64,000 bases of DNA from Magallana gigas. Taxonomy: Eukaryota. Positions 10,610 through 22,474 of the stretch are shown here, piece by piece. Where the stretch lies: NCBI RefSeq assembly GCF_963853765.1, contig NC_088859.1:47740001-47804000 (forward strand), read 5' to 3'. The position numbers and the translations under genes are program-made. The notes under the pieces were generated by a model. The model made no database searches. It was not told where the DNA came from and worked only from the letters and a program-made list of their open reading frames with translations. How positions within the stretch are numbered: the stretch's first letter is position 1; every line of letters begins with the position of its first letter.

Positions 10610-12349
10610 CAAGCATAAAACACTGAACGAATATGAACATTATTTTGAATATAATGAACTTATTACTTTCACTTCATTGTTGTTATAGAAACTATGTATA
10701 TAGTGTATAAATCTGATTAAAATTAGCTGCCCCGATACGCTTTCGCTCTCAGAACAGATTATTTTCACCAGATTTAATAGTGTCTGATTTGTATATATAT
10801 CTTTGAATGTTCACATGTACATGTATCAAAAACTTGCGACATACACTGTAGCCTATATACTTGAAAATTGATGGCATTACTCTGAGTGCGAATGTTGTTT
10901 TGAAACGCTATCAATTTAATTACTAGTAATGCAATATATCATACACGTTTTATAATTATATCAGCAGATTTACTGGATGCGAGTTGAAATATTACTGATT
11001 AATAAAATGGACAAATCAACTTTTATTAATTTGATCAATAAAGTTAAATTGTAAAACAAAACCCAACATTCGAACAATGTAATAAGATATTGGCCTTTGC
11101 ATGTCTTCGATAAGGTAATTGTTTAAGGTATAATTGTAGCAACATCTTTTAACCTTTTGTTAAATCTTGGATTCAATTTCTTATTTAGTTCAATTGTTCA
11201 TTGCAGATGTATTAGTTTAGTTTATTTGTGTCATTTTGTTTGACTCGGTGATTTTTATTTTCATCGGAAAGTTGTTTGCATTCTGAGCATTGTACACTGT
11301 CTAATGACATCTTGCCCAGAGACATGAGAATAATATAAATTTATAAAATAAAATTTAAAAAAAATGCAGGAAGTTGAACGGAAAAAAGCGCAGAACAAAC
11401 TCAAGTCTGTATCTTCAAATTAAATGCAGGAAAGACAATGATGAGTTTGACTCCGAGTCCGTTTCGGACGATACAAATGATGAGTTAAAATCTTTGTCGT
11501 AAATGTATGCATTTGTCTTGAAAATGGCGGAAAAAATTGTTCTATTTTGGGGGAAAATCAACTTTTAAAAATGTATTGCTTTTCATAAAAACAAAAGTCC
11601 CCGTTATATTCGAACTCTTGACCTGCGGTTTAGTAGTCCGAAGTTTTACCCACTTCGCTACAGAAATAGACACCGAACTTTGCTGGCATAAACAGTTTCA
11701 CAACGAGTCGAAATCGCCATATTGTGACGTAATGTCATAAAAAGTAAAAGTGACGGGGTGTCGAGGATAATTAACATCTGGACTCATCTGAACAGGAAGG
11801 TCAAAAAACAAGTTGTCTAAATCAAAAAAATCTCAGGCGCTCGTATGCAAGGCTGATGTGCCAAAGCTTCAACGATTAGATTCACTCAACTTTATCGGCG
11901 ATTCTCACCTTTATATCACTTCACCTCTCTATCTCAAAATCATAAAACATAAAATTTGTAAATAAAGAAGTATATCGATCATTTTCTAAATATATTTACT
12001 TTTGATAATGACAATAACGTGTATACTGTAGATACAAAAGCAATCATAATGTTGTATTTTACGTGGTTGCGAATTATTAAATGCTTGTGAATAGACAACA
12101 TAAAATACGTTAGGAGAACAGTATTTTTAATAAGCACATATTCAACAGAATTAATCTAAATTGTAGTGAATCATGTGTATAAAGTATTAAAACAATGCAA
12201 TGAAAAAATAGCCAGTACCTCTCCTATTCACAATTCCCATAACTCGCTATTTCATCTTTTTCCTTAAAACTCTATACAATTTACATTTTTAAACAATGCA
12301 TGTTTCAGCATTTATGAGGCTACTCATAGATTTTCTCAACAATGAAAAA

Positions 12350-12780
12350 TTGTTACGTTAAAAAACACGACTTCCCATGGCGAGTGATACCTCTGCTCTG
12401 GTGTGAATATTCAAAAATACACTAACAAGTCAACATTTAACAGGAAGTTGACATCGAATTTGTTTAAAGATAAATCCCACCATATGGCATGCCTAAACAA
12501 AGAGTTGTTAAAATTTCAAGCATCTGCGATTAATAGTTGCTTTGATAAATCTTTAACGAAAAGTTTGAAAATTTAGGCAAAAAATAAACAAAGTCGTCAT
12601 TTAAGAGGAAATTGACGTTTTACTGGTACTAAAATGAAATCTCACCAAATGACATACCTATACAAAGAGTGTATTAAGATTTCAAGCATCTGTGATTTAT
12701 AGTTGCTGAAAAAATACGACAGACATTTGTTACGGACAGACACACAGACAGACAAACAAACATTCACAGTGAAACAGGAT
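12350..12780. mobile_element. Pearl/HINE-like non-autonomous element with tandem core repeats and an ACAG microsatellite
   Basis: Two related cores (AAATCxCACCA...TTTCAAGCATCTG.GATT.ATAGTTGCT) followed by CGGACAGACACACAGACAGAC. Boundaries approximate. Confidence 0.45.
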
Positions 12781-14316
12781 ATTTTACTCTCATTATAACC
12801 ACAAGTAAAAGCAATTAAGAAATTATTTTATAATTATGTTGACAATAAAACAAAATCATGTGATAAATCCATTACTACTTCGGAAAAATCTCAACTCTCT
12901 AAACACAATTAAATAATTATTTACTGGGAGGCTTTCTGGTTGGTAGCACAGGGTTCTTGTTTCGCCATCATCTACGGAGTTCATCGAATTGCTCATAAAA
13001 GACTGAAAAAAAAAATATCCTTAATTTGTTTGGACTTGAGAACTGTAGTTGTCTATATGATTCATTGATTGCTCTTTTAACAAAAGTTCCAATATCTTTC
13101 GAAAAAAAAACAACTTTCAAAATTCACAACTAAAGCTATCGGGCCCTGAACTCTAGTCATTTTTAATTTTTTGTAAAGAAAATAGTTAAGTTCTTCAGCA
13201 CTAGTTATCTTTCCTTCTAAAGCATTTGACTCTTCGTTGCTAATTTTGGAAGTCAATTTTTGATAATTGTCTAATTAAATTATTTTTATTATAATAATGT
13301 AAACATTTATGTATATTTTTATTAAATCTAAACAAAGAGAGATAGCTTTGAATTTTGGGATAAAAAAGCTCATTTCATAATAGAAACTGGCGAAAAACGG
13401 ACTTTTAACCCCCCCCCCCCCCGGTGAAACAAAAATTCCTTTTGAGGGGTTTTATATATTGTTATTTAGCGTATTTATACCAAAGGGGTTGTTGTTTCAC
13501 GGGGGGGGGGGGGGGGGGGGGGCATTTATCTACAGATCAAACTACATAAAAAGTATATTTTGCTATTTTTCTTTGTAACGTTTCAAAAATTAATAAATAC
13601 GATTTTAATGATTTTTTTAGGCCCCCGTAAGCAAAAGTTTTGTTTAAAAATTAACGATTTGACTACAAATTCTATTTGATATGAATTAATTAGGATTTGA
13701 TCATAAAATGTAAGCGGGTGTTAGCGTTCCCAGTTCTTTCTTCCTTCCGTTTTAACTCTGAATACTGCCATATTAGGTTTAGATTTCTATCATTACGCTC
13801 ATCGCTTAACCATCCCTATATCTTTTCATGCTTCGCCCCATTCAGGTATTTTATTGACCGAACACGTTACATTGGAACGGAAAGATTTGTAGAAACGCGA
13901 ATTTAAAAAAATCGACTGCACCGATATAAATATCAAATGAAAGATGAAACGAAGCAGACTTTAAATCAAGGCACGACATGAAAAACCTTAAACAATGGTC
14001 GAGGAGTTTTTACATATATGTGCCTTGATTTTTGTTTGCTTTGCCGTAACTTTCTCGACCGGTATACAGGTATGTATGTACCCCTGTAGCAGTTGAGTAG
14101 CGATAGAAAATAAAATGGCAACCAAATGCTTTCATGTATAGAACTTAAATGTTCGTATATAGAACTTAAATATTCATATATAGAACTTGCTTATGTATAA
14201 AAGAATATTGTCAAATAATTATTTTATAATTGAACGGTTTTCCGGGTGGCCGGCTTCGTCTCAGGCTAATTCCGGTTTACGTACAGTTATGTGTGGGTAT
14301 CGTCTGATTTCCTCTC

Positions 14317-14665
14317 CTAAACATTGGCATTAAATTTGGATTTTTGTTTTGGTTCTGCAAAAACCACACTAAGATAAGAATCTTTTCTATTATGTACAGA
14401 CTCCTGTGAGTTTGTTGTATCTCCGGATCTAAGAGCTACCGATGGGATGGAGCAGTCGGGCTTATCTGGCTTTTTCTCAATATGATACATTCGAGGTGGA
14501 AGCGGTGGTGGTTGATTGTGGATTTCTTCTGTAAGCGTGCAGTCTTGAGAAGAAAAGAAATCGAATTCGCCCCAACATTCATAATCATCATCGCTGCTAA
14601 TACATGTATCCTCATGCACATCACAATGAATGCTGATAATTTGCATAGGAAGAGTTTTGCCAGTT
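14317..14665 (-). CDS. Probable last coding exon of the tandem-pseudokinase gene (Tyr/Pro docking tail)
   Basis: Acceptor TTTTTCCAG|, phase 2. Encodes TGKTLPMQ...DDDYEC...PPPLPPR...DSYLSVV...stop. Linkage to the kinase exons 17 kb away is inferred. Confidence 0.55.
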
Positions 14666-14778
14666 CTGGAAAAATAACGTTAATGTAAACATATTGCATC
14701 GCTCTAGAGTTTATTCTACAACTGCATAATAATTGTCTTTTAAAATAAATCCCACAAACGAATTCTAACATAGCATAC

Positions 14779-14848
14779 TCTCGCTCGACTGTAAATTCGG
14801 GAAACCTCCGGCAAACAGAGACAGACCATTCTGGTAAAAGGTTCATAA
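14779..14848 (-). CDS. Probable penultimate exon (kinase subdomain XI-like or linker)
   Basis: TTTTTTGCAAG| acceptor and |GTATGC donor. A 113-nt intron joins it in frame to the last exon. Reads MNLLPEWSVSVCRRFPEFTVER. Confidence 0.4.
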
Positions 14849-17418
14849 CTTGCAAAAAACGTGTATTAAAAGTAAGAAAAGTGTAAAGAAAAACGACCTG
14901 AGATGTACAATGAAAATAATTACAGTATCACGACATAAAAATATCAACTTTGTGGGTCCGTTTCATTTAGATTTTTTTCATAGATGTTTTTTAAGGACGT
15001 GCTTTATCTTCTCTCACATTAATTGCATTACCCGCAATTGTTGAAAAGTTTCTTGCGGAGATTTATAATGAAAAAATGAATTCTAAATTATCAGGCTTTC
15101 ATGCATATATGCATAAAGCTCGGAATACCACATTAGTGTATTAACATCAACCTGATGCATGTAATTAAGTTAAAGGGGCGTTGCAATGGGGAAAGAATAA
15201 TTTTTCATATTATGAAACCGTTTAAATCCCGAAATCACAATTCCTTATTTAAATTGATGTTTGATTTTTATATTGTTACTGCATTTGTTAACTTGACCAG
15301 TCCCAGTCAGATTGAAATATCGTACGAAATAAAAAAAATTAAAATTGATTGTCTACGTAACCGAGGTGTCTACTATACCGCTCAACCTGACCGTTGCTGG
15401 AGGGTTTACACAGGGCGTAAGCGACTTATGAATCTGCAGAAGGGTACATATCTTTCGGAACAACTCACTTTCAAAATTTCGCCCCGTATTTACTATATTC
15501 ATTATTAACAAATAACAACAACACATATATACCTTGCATACAGCTAGCCGTGTACGCTGGACGCCATACAAATTTTATTAAACATTTACTACAGGTACAT
15601 GTGTTAATTTTATGTGATATGTAATATACAACTTTGTATTTTTATATAACACCTTTCAACATTGATAATTAAACTCATACAAATAAACAATGACATTTTT
15701 TTATATCACCAACAATGACCTTCCTTCTATGAAAATACATCATAGCCAGCCAGGAAAAACCTAGAAATAAAAAACGATGCAGAATCGTGAAAAAATTCTA
15801 GGAAACATGTATCCGTTGCCAATGCTAAATGATGCAAGAAGGGTGTGACGGACCTCACATAACACATATAATTTTTTAATTATTATATTCCCTAAATAAT
15901 AACGGGTAAAACAACTTCTTGACAAAAAATATTTTAAAAAATTTGGTCTATCGATCACAAGCGACGGCTAGAAAGTGATTTACTCTAGTAATTCATAATA
16001 CGTTCATAACAATTCCTTGCCGCTCATTGGTCAATACTGGACCATAACAATTTGTAAAACATGACTACCGTGAATACAACATTTTCCCGCTATACTGACG
16101 AAACGCGGGAAAATACAATGATCCTTAATAATTTTGAAAGGGTACCAAAACCAGACAAAGAATTCCATGATTGCAGCCCGAGCTGTTACTTCAGCCGTTT
16201 GTGAGGGGAGTGGCACACTCTCATCCTACTTTGTGAAACTGTCCACCATCATAAAAATGTACTCATTCTCCGCCTCTGTGCGGCCGTCCATCTGGTGAGA
16301 GTTGAGTTTTAGGAATCCCTGTCTGCGTGTTCTCCTCTGAGAACAGGGATGCAAGAGAGACACACCATCTATCTTACTAAAAAAAAATCCTGCTATCGAT
16401 CACGTGCACGTCGGCAGTAGTGACAACCACCACACGACTGAGCTTAAGTGCAACTGTCAGGCCCAAGGTCCCACACGGCTGAATTACGCCTCGAGAGAGA
16501 ATTAACGTCCGCAATAGGATGCTTTTTGCCCGGCTGATGAATGTCATACTGACTGAGTTCCTCAAACTACCGTGCTGTTTGCCCCTCTGGATGACGAAAG
16601 TTAATTAACCAGTTCAAACTAAGATGGTCTGTGCGCACGGTAAACTTCTGACCAAGGAGAAAATGTCGGAACTGACGGGTAAACCTGACGACCACGCGCA
16701 ACTCCTTACGAGTTCTACAATATCGACGCTGTTCTGCAGAAAACTTGCATACCCGATGGTTCGCTCTCACCCATGCTGAACTTGACACAACTCCCCGCCA
16801 ATGGCGAAGTCTGAGGCGTCAGTATCCAGAATGAAGTGCCCCTCCTGGGTCAAAATGGCCAATACTGGGGGCTAGTAAGACGTGATATTAGGTCTCGAAA
16901 TGCTTTTTCTTGTTCACTTTCCCACCAGAAGGCAGTCTTGCCATCTTCGCTAGCCAAGGGTTTTCGGTCCACTTTGCTCCCCATAAACCCTTGGCGGATT
17001 TCATTACGATAACTCGGTGACAAGCTCCGTTTTATGATTGGCTGCAGCTGCGAGTAGCTGATCCAATCGCAGTGCTTGTAAATATAAATTTTAAAAGAAA
17101 ACACATGTGTGATCTTTGGTAAAACATTCGGTGCTTTTAACAAGTTGAGGCACAAGTTCTCGAGTACAGTGCCTCCCCAACGATGGTCTAACCAGATCGC
17201 TTTAAAAACCTATATATTTTACTGGGATTTTACATAGTTCTGCAAACTTGTCAAGGCTCGCGTGAATGCATGGGAAGTAAACATGGCGAATGTAGAAGTT
17301 ACCTATCCTGTTATATATTCGTTCCTGCTTATGGTTATTGCTTTTAAAGGTTCAATGAGCTCTGTTTTATTTTATTTTTTTGGTACGCATTATTCACGAC
17401 AAAGATAACGGGCTATTT

Positions 17419-17828
17419 CTCTCTGGCTAATAATATGAGCTTCCGCCAATTTGACTTTGTCATTGTGGTCTATGTCATACTTTTAAAATAGTCGACGTAG
17501 ACCATTGTATGCATGATTCATTGATTGACATTGAAACTATTATCGTTTACACATATTGAACATTCATTGGGTTACATAATTCAGTGCTATATATATGATC
17601 ATTTTCAGTGTAAACATTAATTAATTATTTTGAGTAAAAAATTTACTATTGTTTCATTAATATGTTGTTGTCCACTCATCTTTGTGTATGACTGAACCAT
17701 TGTATATTTTGTACAATGTTCAATTTAAGATGATGAATAATTAAAGCCATGACAATAAAAACTTGCCAACCTACTTGTTTGTTTTTTCTGTTCAGTAGAG
17801 ATAACCCACTTTTAAAAAATGACCATGG
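17419..17828 (+). repeat. 410-bp direct repeat, copy 1
   Basis: Identical by eye to 24238-24647. Confidence 0.93.
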
Positions 17829-17879
17829 GCTATAAATCTTAGTGCTTTATTAAAGGGGAAAGCTTTAGATGTTTATGCG

Positions 17880-20435
17880 TTGATGCCCAAAACTGATGCC
17901 TTTGACTACAATACCCTAAAGACAGCATTACTCAGACGCTTTGAATTGACAGATGACGGTTTTAAAAAGAAATTTCAATCATGTAGGCCAGATCCTAGTG
18001 AAACATTTTCCCAGTTCGCTGTTCGGTTGAGTAGTTATCTTGATAGGTGGATTGAAATGGCAAAGGTTTCCAAATCATTTGAAGACTTGTATGATCTTAT
18101 GTTACGCGATCAATTTTTACATGTGTGTAGTCAAGATTTGAAACTATTTTTAAAGGAAAGATTACCTGAGAATTTGACAAGAATGGCAAACTTGGCTGAT
18201 CAGTATAAAGATGCTCGTGACCTGAATGCACTCCAAGCTACGGGTAAGGGTAAGATGCCTTTAGCAAGAAAAGTTGATCAGGTGAAGAAAACAGATGTAG
18301 GTGAGAACAAGCATGTACCTAATGATAAGAAAAGGTTCATTCCAAAGACAGAGCGTAAGTGTTACAAATGTCATAGGTACGGACACATTGCACCAGAATG
18401 TAAGTCTAGAACATCGTTTAATAACGTTTCTAATGCAGTGCAAGACGTTGGATCCTCAGAGCAAAAGGTTTGTTTTGTTAGCACAATGCCTACTGATTCT
18501 ATTGTAGATTCCAGAGTCTCTTCTTCTCTAATGACAATGTCATCATCTTGTCAGAAGAACTCGTCTTTTAACATGCCTTTATCTGCAGGGTATGTTAACA
18601 ATGTTCCTGTGACGGTACTAAGAGATACTGGGTGTAGTGGTATTGTTGTTAAAATGAGCAAGATACAGGAGGAAAACCTTATAGTTGGTAAGAAACAGAC
18701 TTGTATTTTAGCAGATGGATCTAAGGTATCTGTCCCGATTGCCGATGTGTCAATCGATACGCCATTTCTGAAAGGTCAGTATGAGGTATGGTGTATGGAG
18801 AATCCATATCCTCAACTTAGGGTTCCAGACATGATTACTGAAGATATCAATCCGATGACAATTAGGGATGCGCAGGAGCATGATCATTCTTTGAAAAAAG
18901 TACGTGAAAATGTAGAGAACAATCTCTCTCAGGTTAAGAAAAATGGTAAAGTGAGTTGGTTTAAGAAAAACGACCTTATGTTTAGACAGTATAGTACTCA
19001 TGTGGGAGATAGGGAAAAGACTTATTCTCAATTAGTTGTTCCCGATAAATTCCGAAACCAGGTGATGAAACTTGCACATGATTCATTGCTAGCAGGTCAT
19101 TTAGGAACACAGCGTACTTTAGCGAGAGTAACGTCAGAATTCTGGTGGCCAGGAATCCAGAGTGATGTGCGAAGATTTTGCCAGTCTTGTGACATTTGTC
19201 AGCGCACAGTTCACAAAGGTAAGATTAAGAAAGTACCTCTTGAACGAATGCCACTCATAGACGAACCGTTTCAGAGAGTTGCTGTTGACCTGGTGGGCCC
19301 TCTTTCTCCAATCACAGACAAAGGTAATCGCTACATTCTCACTTTAGTGGATTATGCTACTCGCTATCCTGAAGCCATCGCACTTCCCAGCATCGAAACA
19401 GAGAGAATTGCAGAGGCTCTATTTGAAATGTTCTCGAGAATTGGTATACCTCGTGAAATGTTGACAGATATGGGAGCTCAGTTTACTTCCGCATTAATGT
19501 CAGAGGTAAGTCGCCTTATTTCTCTTAGTCAGCGGACAACAACCCCGTATCATCCTAGCTGTAATGGGTTGGTGGAACGATTCAACGGGACCTTAAAGCA
19601 GATGTTGAAGCGACTCTGTTCCGAGAAACCAAAAGATTGGGACAAGTACCTAAGTGCTGTGCTGTTTGCCTACCGAGAAGTGCCACAGGAGAGTCTTGGA
19701 TTCTCACCCTTTGAGTTGGTATATGGTAGATCAGTTCGTGGACCTATTTCCATATTGAAGGAGTTGTGGACAAACGACACACCAGATCCCAACGTCAAGA
19801 CAACCTACCAATATGTCTTAGATCTCAAGGACAGACTCCAGTCTATGGCTGAACTTGCGAAAGAGAGTCTGGAAAAGTCGTCTACCAGATACAAGAAACA
19901 CTATGACAGGAAAACTAGAACTAGAAGTCTAAAGGTAGGAGATAAAGCTCTTGTTCTTTTACCGACTGACAATAACAAATTATTGCTTCAGTGGAAAGGA
20001 CCTTTTGTAGTCACAAAGAAAGTCAACAGAGTTGATTATCAGTTAGATATGCAAGGTAAGACAAAGACCTTTCATATAAATCTTTTGAAAAAGTACATTG
20101 AGAGACCAATTTCAGATGTTGCGTCAGTGACGGAAGATACAGGTGTTCTTGGTTTAGTGAACGCAGCAGTAGTTGATTGCGTAGATGATGAGGACCAAGA
20201 TGGACATTTAGATGAGTACCCTCAATCACAGGTTAGTGTAAGCACAGTAAACATTAACCCATCATTGTCATTAGAGAGCAAGGACAGATTGATGAAGTTG
20301 CTTTTTAAGTTTGATGATGTTTTTCAAGACAGTCCTGGTATCACAAGTGTACTTGAACATGAAATTAGAACGGCAAGTGCCAAACCGATTCATGTCAAAA
20401 TCGTCAGATACTATATTCAATGGAGGAAACAGTAA
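17880..20435 (+). CDS. Gypsy B polyprotein part: gag (CCHC knuckle), protease, integrase, start of RT
   Basis: CYKCHRYGHIAPEC; LRDTGCSG; HDSLLAGHLG..CQSCDIC; DLVGP / TDMG / VERFN (DDE); WKGPF. The frame extends upstream to WAINLSALLKGKAL at 17826. Confidence 0.9.
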   Translation: MMPKTDAFDYNTLKTALLRRFELTDDGFKKKFQSCRPDPSETFSQFAVRLSSYLDRWIEMAKVSKSFEDLYDLMLRDQFLHVCSQDLKLFLKERLPENLTRMANLADQYKDARDLNALQATGKGKMPLARKVDQVKKTDVGENKHVPNDKKRFIPKTERKCYKCHRYGHIAPECKSRTSFNNVSNAVQDVGSSEQKVCFVSTMPTDSIVDSRVSSSLMTMSSSCQKNSSFNMPLSAGYVNNVPVTVLRDTGCSGIVVKMSKIQEENLIVGKKQTCILADGSKVSVPIADVSIDTPFLKGQYEVWCMENPYPQLRVPDMITEDINPMTIRDAQEHDHSLKKVRENVENNLSQVKKNGKVSWFKKNDLMFRQYSTHVGDREKTYSQLVVPDKFRNQVMKLAHDSLLAGHLGTQRTLARVTSEFWWPGIQSDVRRFCQSCDICQRTVHKGKIKKVPLERMPLIDEPFQRVAVDLVGPLSPITDKGNRYILTLVDYATRYPEAIALPSIETERIAEALFEMFSRIGIPREMLTDMGAQFTSALMSEVSRLISLSQRTTTPYHPSCNGLVERFNGTLKQMLKRLCSEKPKDWDKYLSAVLFAYREVPQESLGFSPFELVYGRSVRGPISILKELWTNDTPDPNVKTTYQYVLDLKDRLQSMAELAKESLEKSSTRYKKHYDRKTRTRSLKVGDKALVLLPTDNNKLLLQWKGPFVVTKKVNRVDYQLDMQGKTKTFHINLLKKYIERPISDVASVTEDTGVLGLVNAAVVDCVDDEDQDGHLDEYPQSQVSVSTVNINPSLSLESKDRLMKLLFKFDDVFQDSPGITSVLEHEIRTASAKPIHVKIVRYYIQWRKQ

Positions 20436-21354
20436 ACAAAGAGGTGGGTGACATGTTGAAGATTAACATTATTGAATCTTCTGACTCCCCGTATTGTTCA
20501 CCAGTAGTTATCGTGCCCAAGAAAGATGGAACAAACAGGTTCTGTATAGATTTTCGCCTGTTAAATAATCAGACCATATTTGATTCAGAGCCAATGCCAT
20601 ATGCTGATGAAATGTTTTCCAAACTTGCAGGACATAAATTCTTTTCAAAAATTGATCTATCAAAAGGGTACTGGCAGGTTAAGTTAACAGATGATTCAAA
20701 ACCAAAAACAGCCTTTAGAACAGGTAAGGGTTTGTTTCAGTTCAGGGTCATGCCCTTTGGGTTAGTTACGGCTCCGGCCACATTTTCAAGATTAATGCAG
20801 AAAGTCTTGCATGGAATGGAGAATTTGTGCAAAATTTTGCTCAAATCGCGTCACCATTGACTGACTTGACCAAAAAAGGTTTACCCACTAAGTTGAAATG
20901 GGAAGATGCTCACAATTTAGCATTTCAGACGTTAAAAGCTTCACTTACTAAGTGTCCCATATTGAAACTTCCTGATATTAAGGAGACTTTCATTCTACAG
21001 ACGGACGCTTCAGACAGAGGTCTAGGTGCAGTTCTTTTACAAGAAGAACTTGGTCAGAAACTCCCCATTGCTTATGCTAGTAGAAAGCTAAGAGAGAGTG
21101 AGTGCAAGTGTGCAACTGTTGAGAAAGAGTGCTTGGCAGTTGTATGGGCAATTCAGAAATTCCAGAAGTATTTGTATGGACATGAGTTCATTTTAGAGAC
21201 AGATCATAGCCCACTTGTGTACTTAAATAAGGCTAAGGTCACTAACCCTAGACTTATGCGCTGGGCGCTTAGTTTGCAACCTTACAGGTTTACTATACAT
21301 GCAATTAAAGGTAAAGACAATGTGGGTGCAGACTACCTAAGTCGTTTGATGTAA
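20420..21354 (+). pseudogene. Gypsy B RT (YxDD region deleted) and RNase H
   Basis: KIDLSKGYWQV and FRVMPFGL, then a jump at about 20828 directly to NFAQIASPLTDL with no DD motif. RNase H: LQTDAS, KECLAVVW, ETDH, ADYLSR. Confidence 0.88.
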
Positions 21355-21428
21355 ATATGTTTACTTTCAGTATTTTAAATTTTAATGGGGTTTCCAGTAC
21401 TTCGTACTTCTCTAAAAAGGAAGGTAAA

Positions 21429-22474
21429 TGTCACATTAAAATTCATCATTGTATATATTTAGTTTCGTATTTTAACTTAACCACATATCCCGTGGTGAGC
21501 CCCTTAGTGTTTTAGTCATACGTATTTGTAAATACCCATATTGAACCTCAGTTCACCGGGCCTTAAACCCGCCAGTCCGTGCAGTATCAGTTTGGACGCG
21601 GCAGTCCAGAGGGAAGGACGTTCTTATACTTCTCTCGTGCATACCATCCAGTCACTATGTATTTTGTTAATTGAAATAGCTGTGTGCTAACTCTGAAGTG
21701 AACCTAGTACTGGCTTTTTCTGAGGTGAGGTTTATTAATTGTCAATTTTATCGTCATTTCGTTCATTACTGTTCTAAAACACCCAGTCATGGTATTTCAA
21801 TCGTTTTTAGGCTTATTTGTTACGTTTGAATTTAAATGTCTATGTTTAGATACACGTGTTTGAATCTATTATAAGTATGGCGGACTATTATGGTCATATT
21901 CCTTTTGTAGTCATGAGTAGTATTATGCAACACTGCATTTAAGTAATTATGAGTTAGTATTTTGTGAGTGTAAAAGCTAACATGCTTTATAGTAAGTCTT
22001 CTTTAAGACTGTGTATCAGTATTTTGTGTGTAATAAGCGTCTAAGCTAAGTGTGTCATTCATGACCGTATAGCCTGTAAGTAAAGTATGGTGCATATTGG
22101 TGTAAAAGCCACAGTTACTTTTGTCGTGTACTTAATGTGTTTGTGTACTATGTTGGCGCAGGTTCCTTGTTCCATCTATTGTGTAAACCACTTTCATCGA
22201 TGGTGGCCGAATATTGGTGACGTCTTGTGTGGCCAGTAGAGAATATTGTCCCTTGGAGGACCTCACCAGTCCATTCTTGTCAAGACCAAGTGGCAATAGA
22301 CAACAGTGGAGGACCTTACCAGTTCCCATACTAGGACATACTAGGACAATTACTTTCAATGTGTATCAATTCAAACTATATTAAATATGTAAAAAACAAT
22401 GTAAAAATATTGTCTTAGTCTTTGTCTTACAGTAAATATAAATTTTAGTTAATTCCGCTCGAAATTCTGTGACA
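21429..22474 (+). repeat. 3' LTR of Gypsy B (about 1046 bp)
   Basis: TGTCACA...TGTGACA terminal inverted repeats, preceded by a PPT. Confidence 0.75.

Larger units (their letters stand above)
17826..22474 (+). mobile_element. Gmr1-type Ty3/Gypsy LTR retrotransposon B, 5'-truncated, gag-PR-IN-RT-RH order, 3' LTR only
   Basis: Domain order in the ORFs, polypurine tract AAAAAGGAAGG before TGTCACA, and LTR 21429-22474. Confidence 0.9.

Noticed and set aside
13409-13522. Poly-C and poly-G tracts as a regulatory G-quadruplex pair
   Set aside because: They flank inverted GTGAAACAA motifs typical of a repeat interior; no link to a gene is evident.
4800-14300. Y RNA gene near the Ro60-like gene
   Set aside because: No GGCUGGUCCG...CUUGACUAGCC-type stem with an oligo-T terminator found by eye. 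An Infernal search would be needed to exclude a divergent one.
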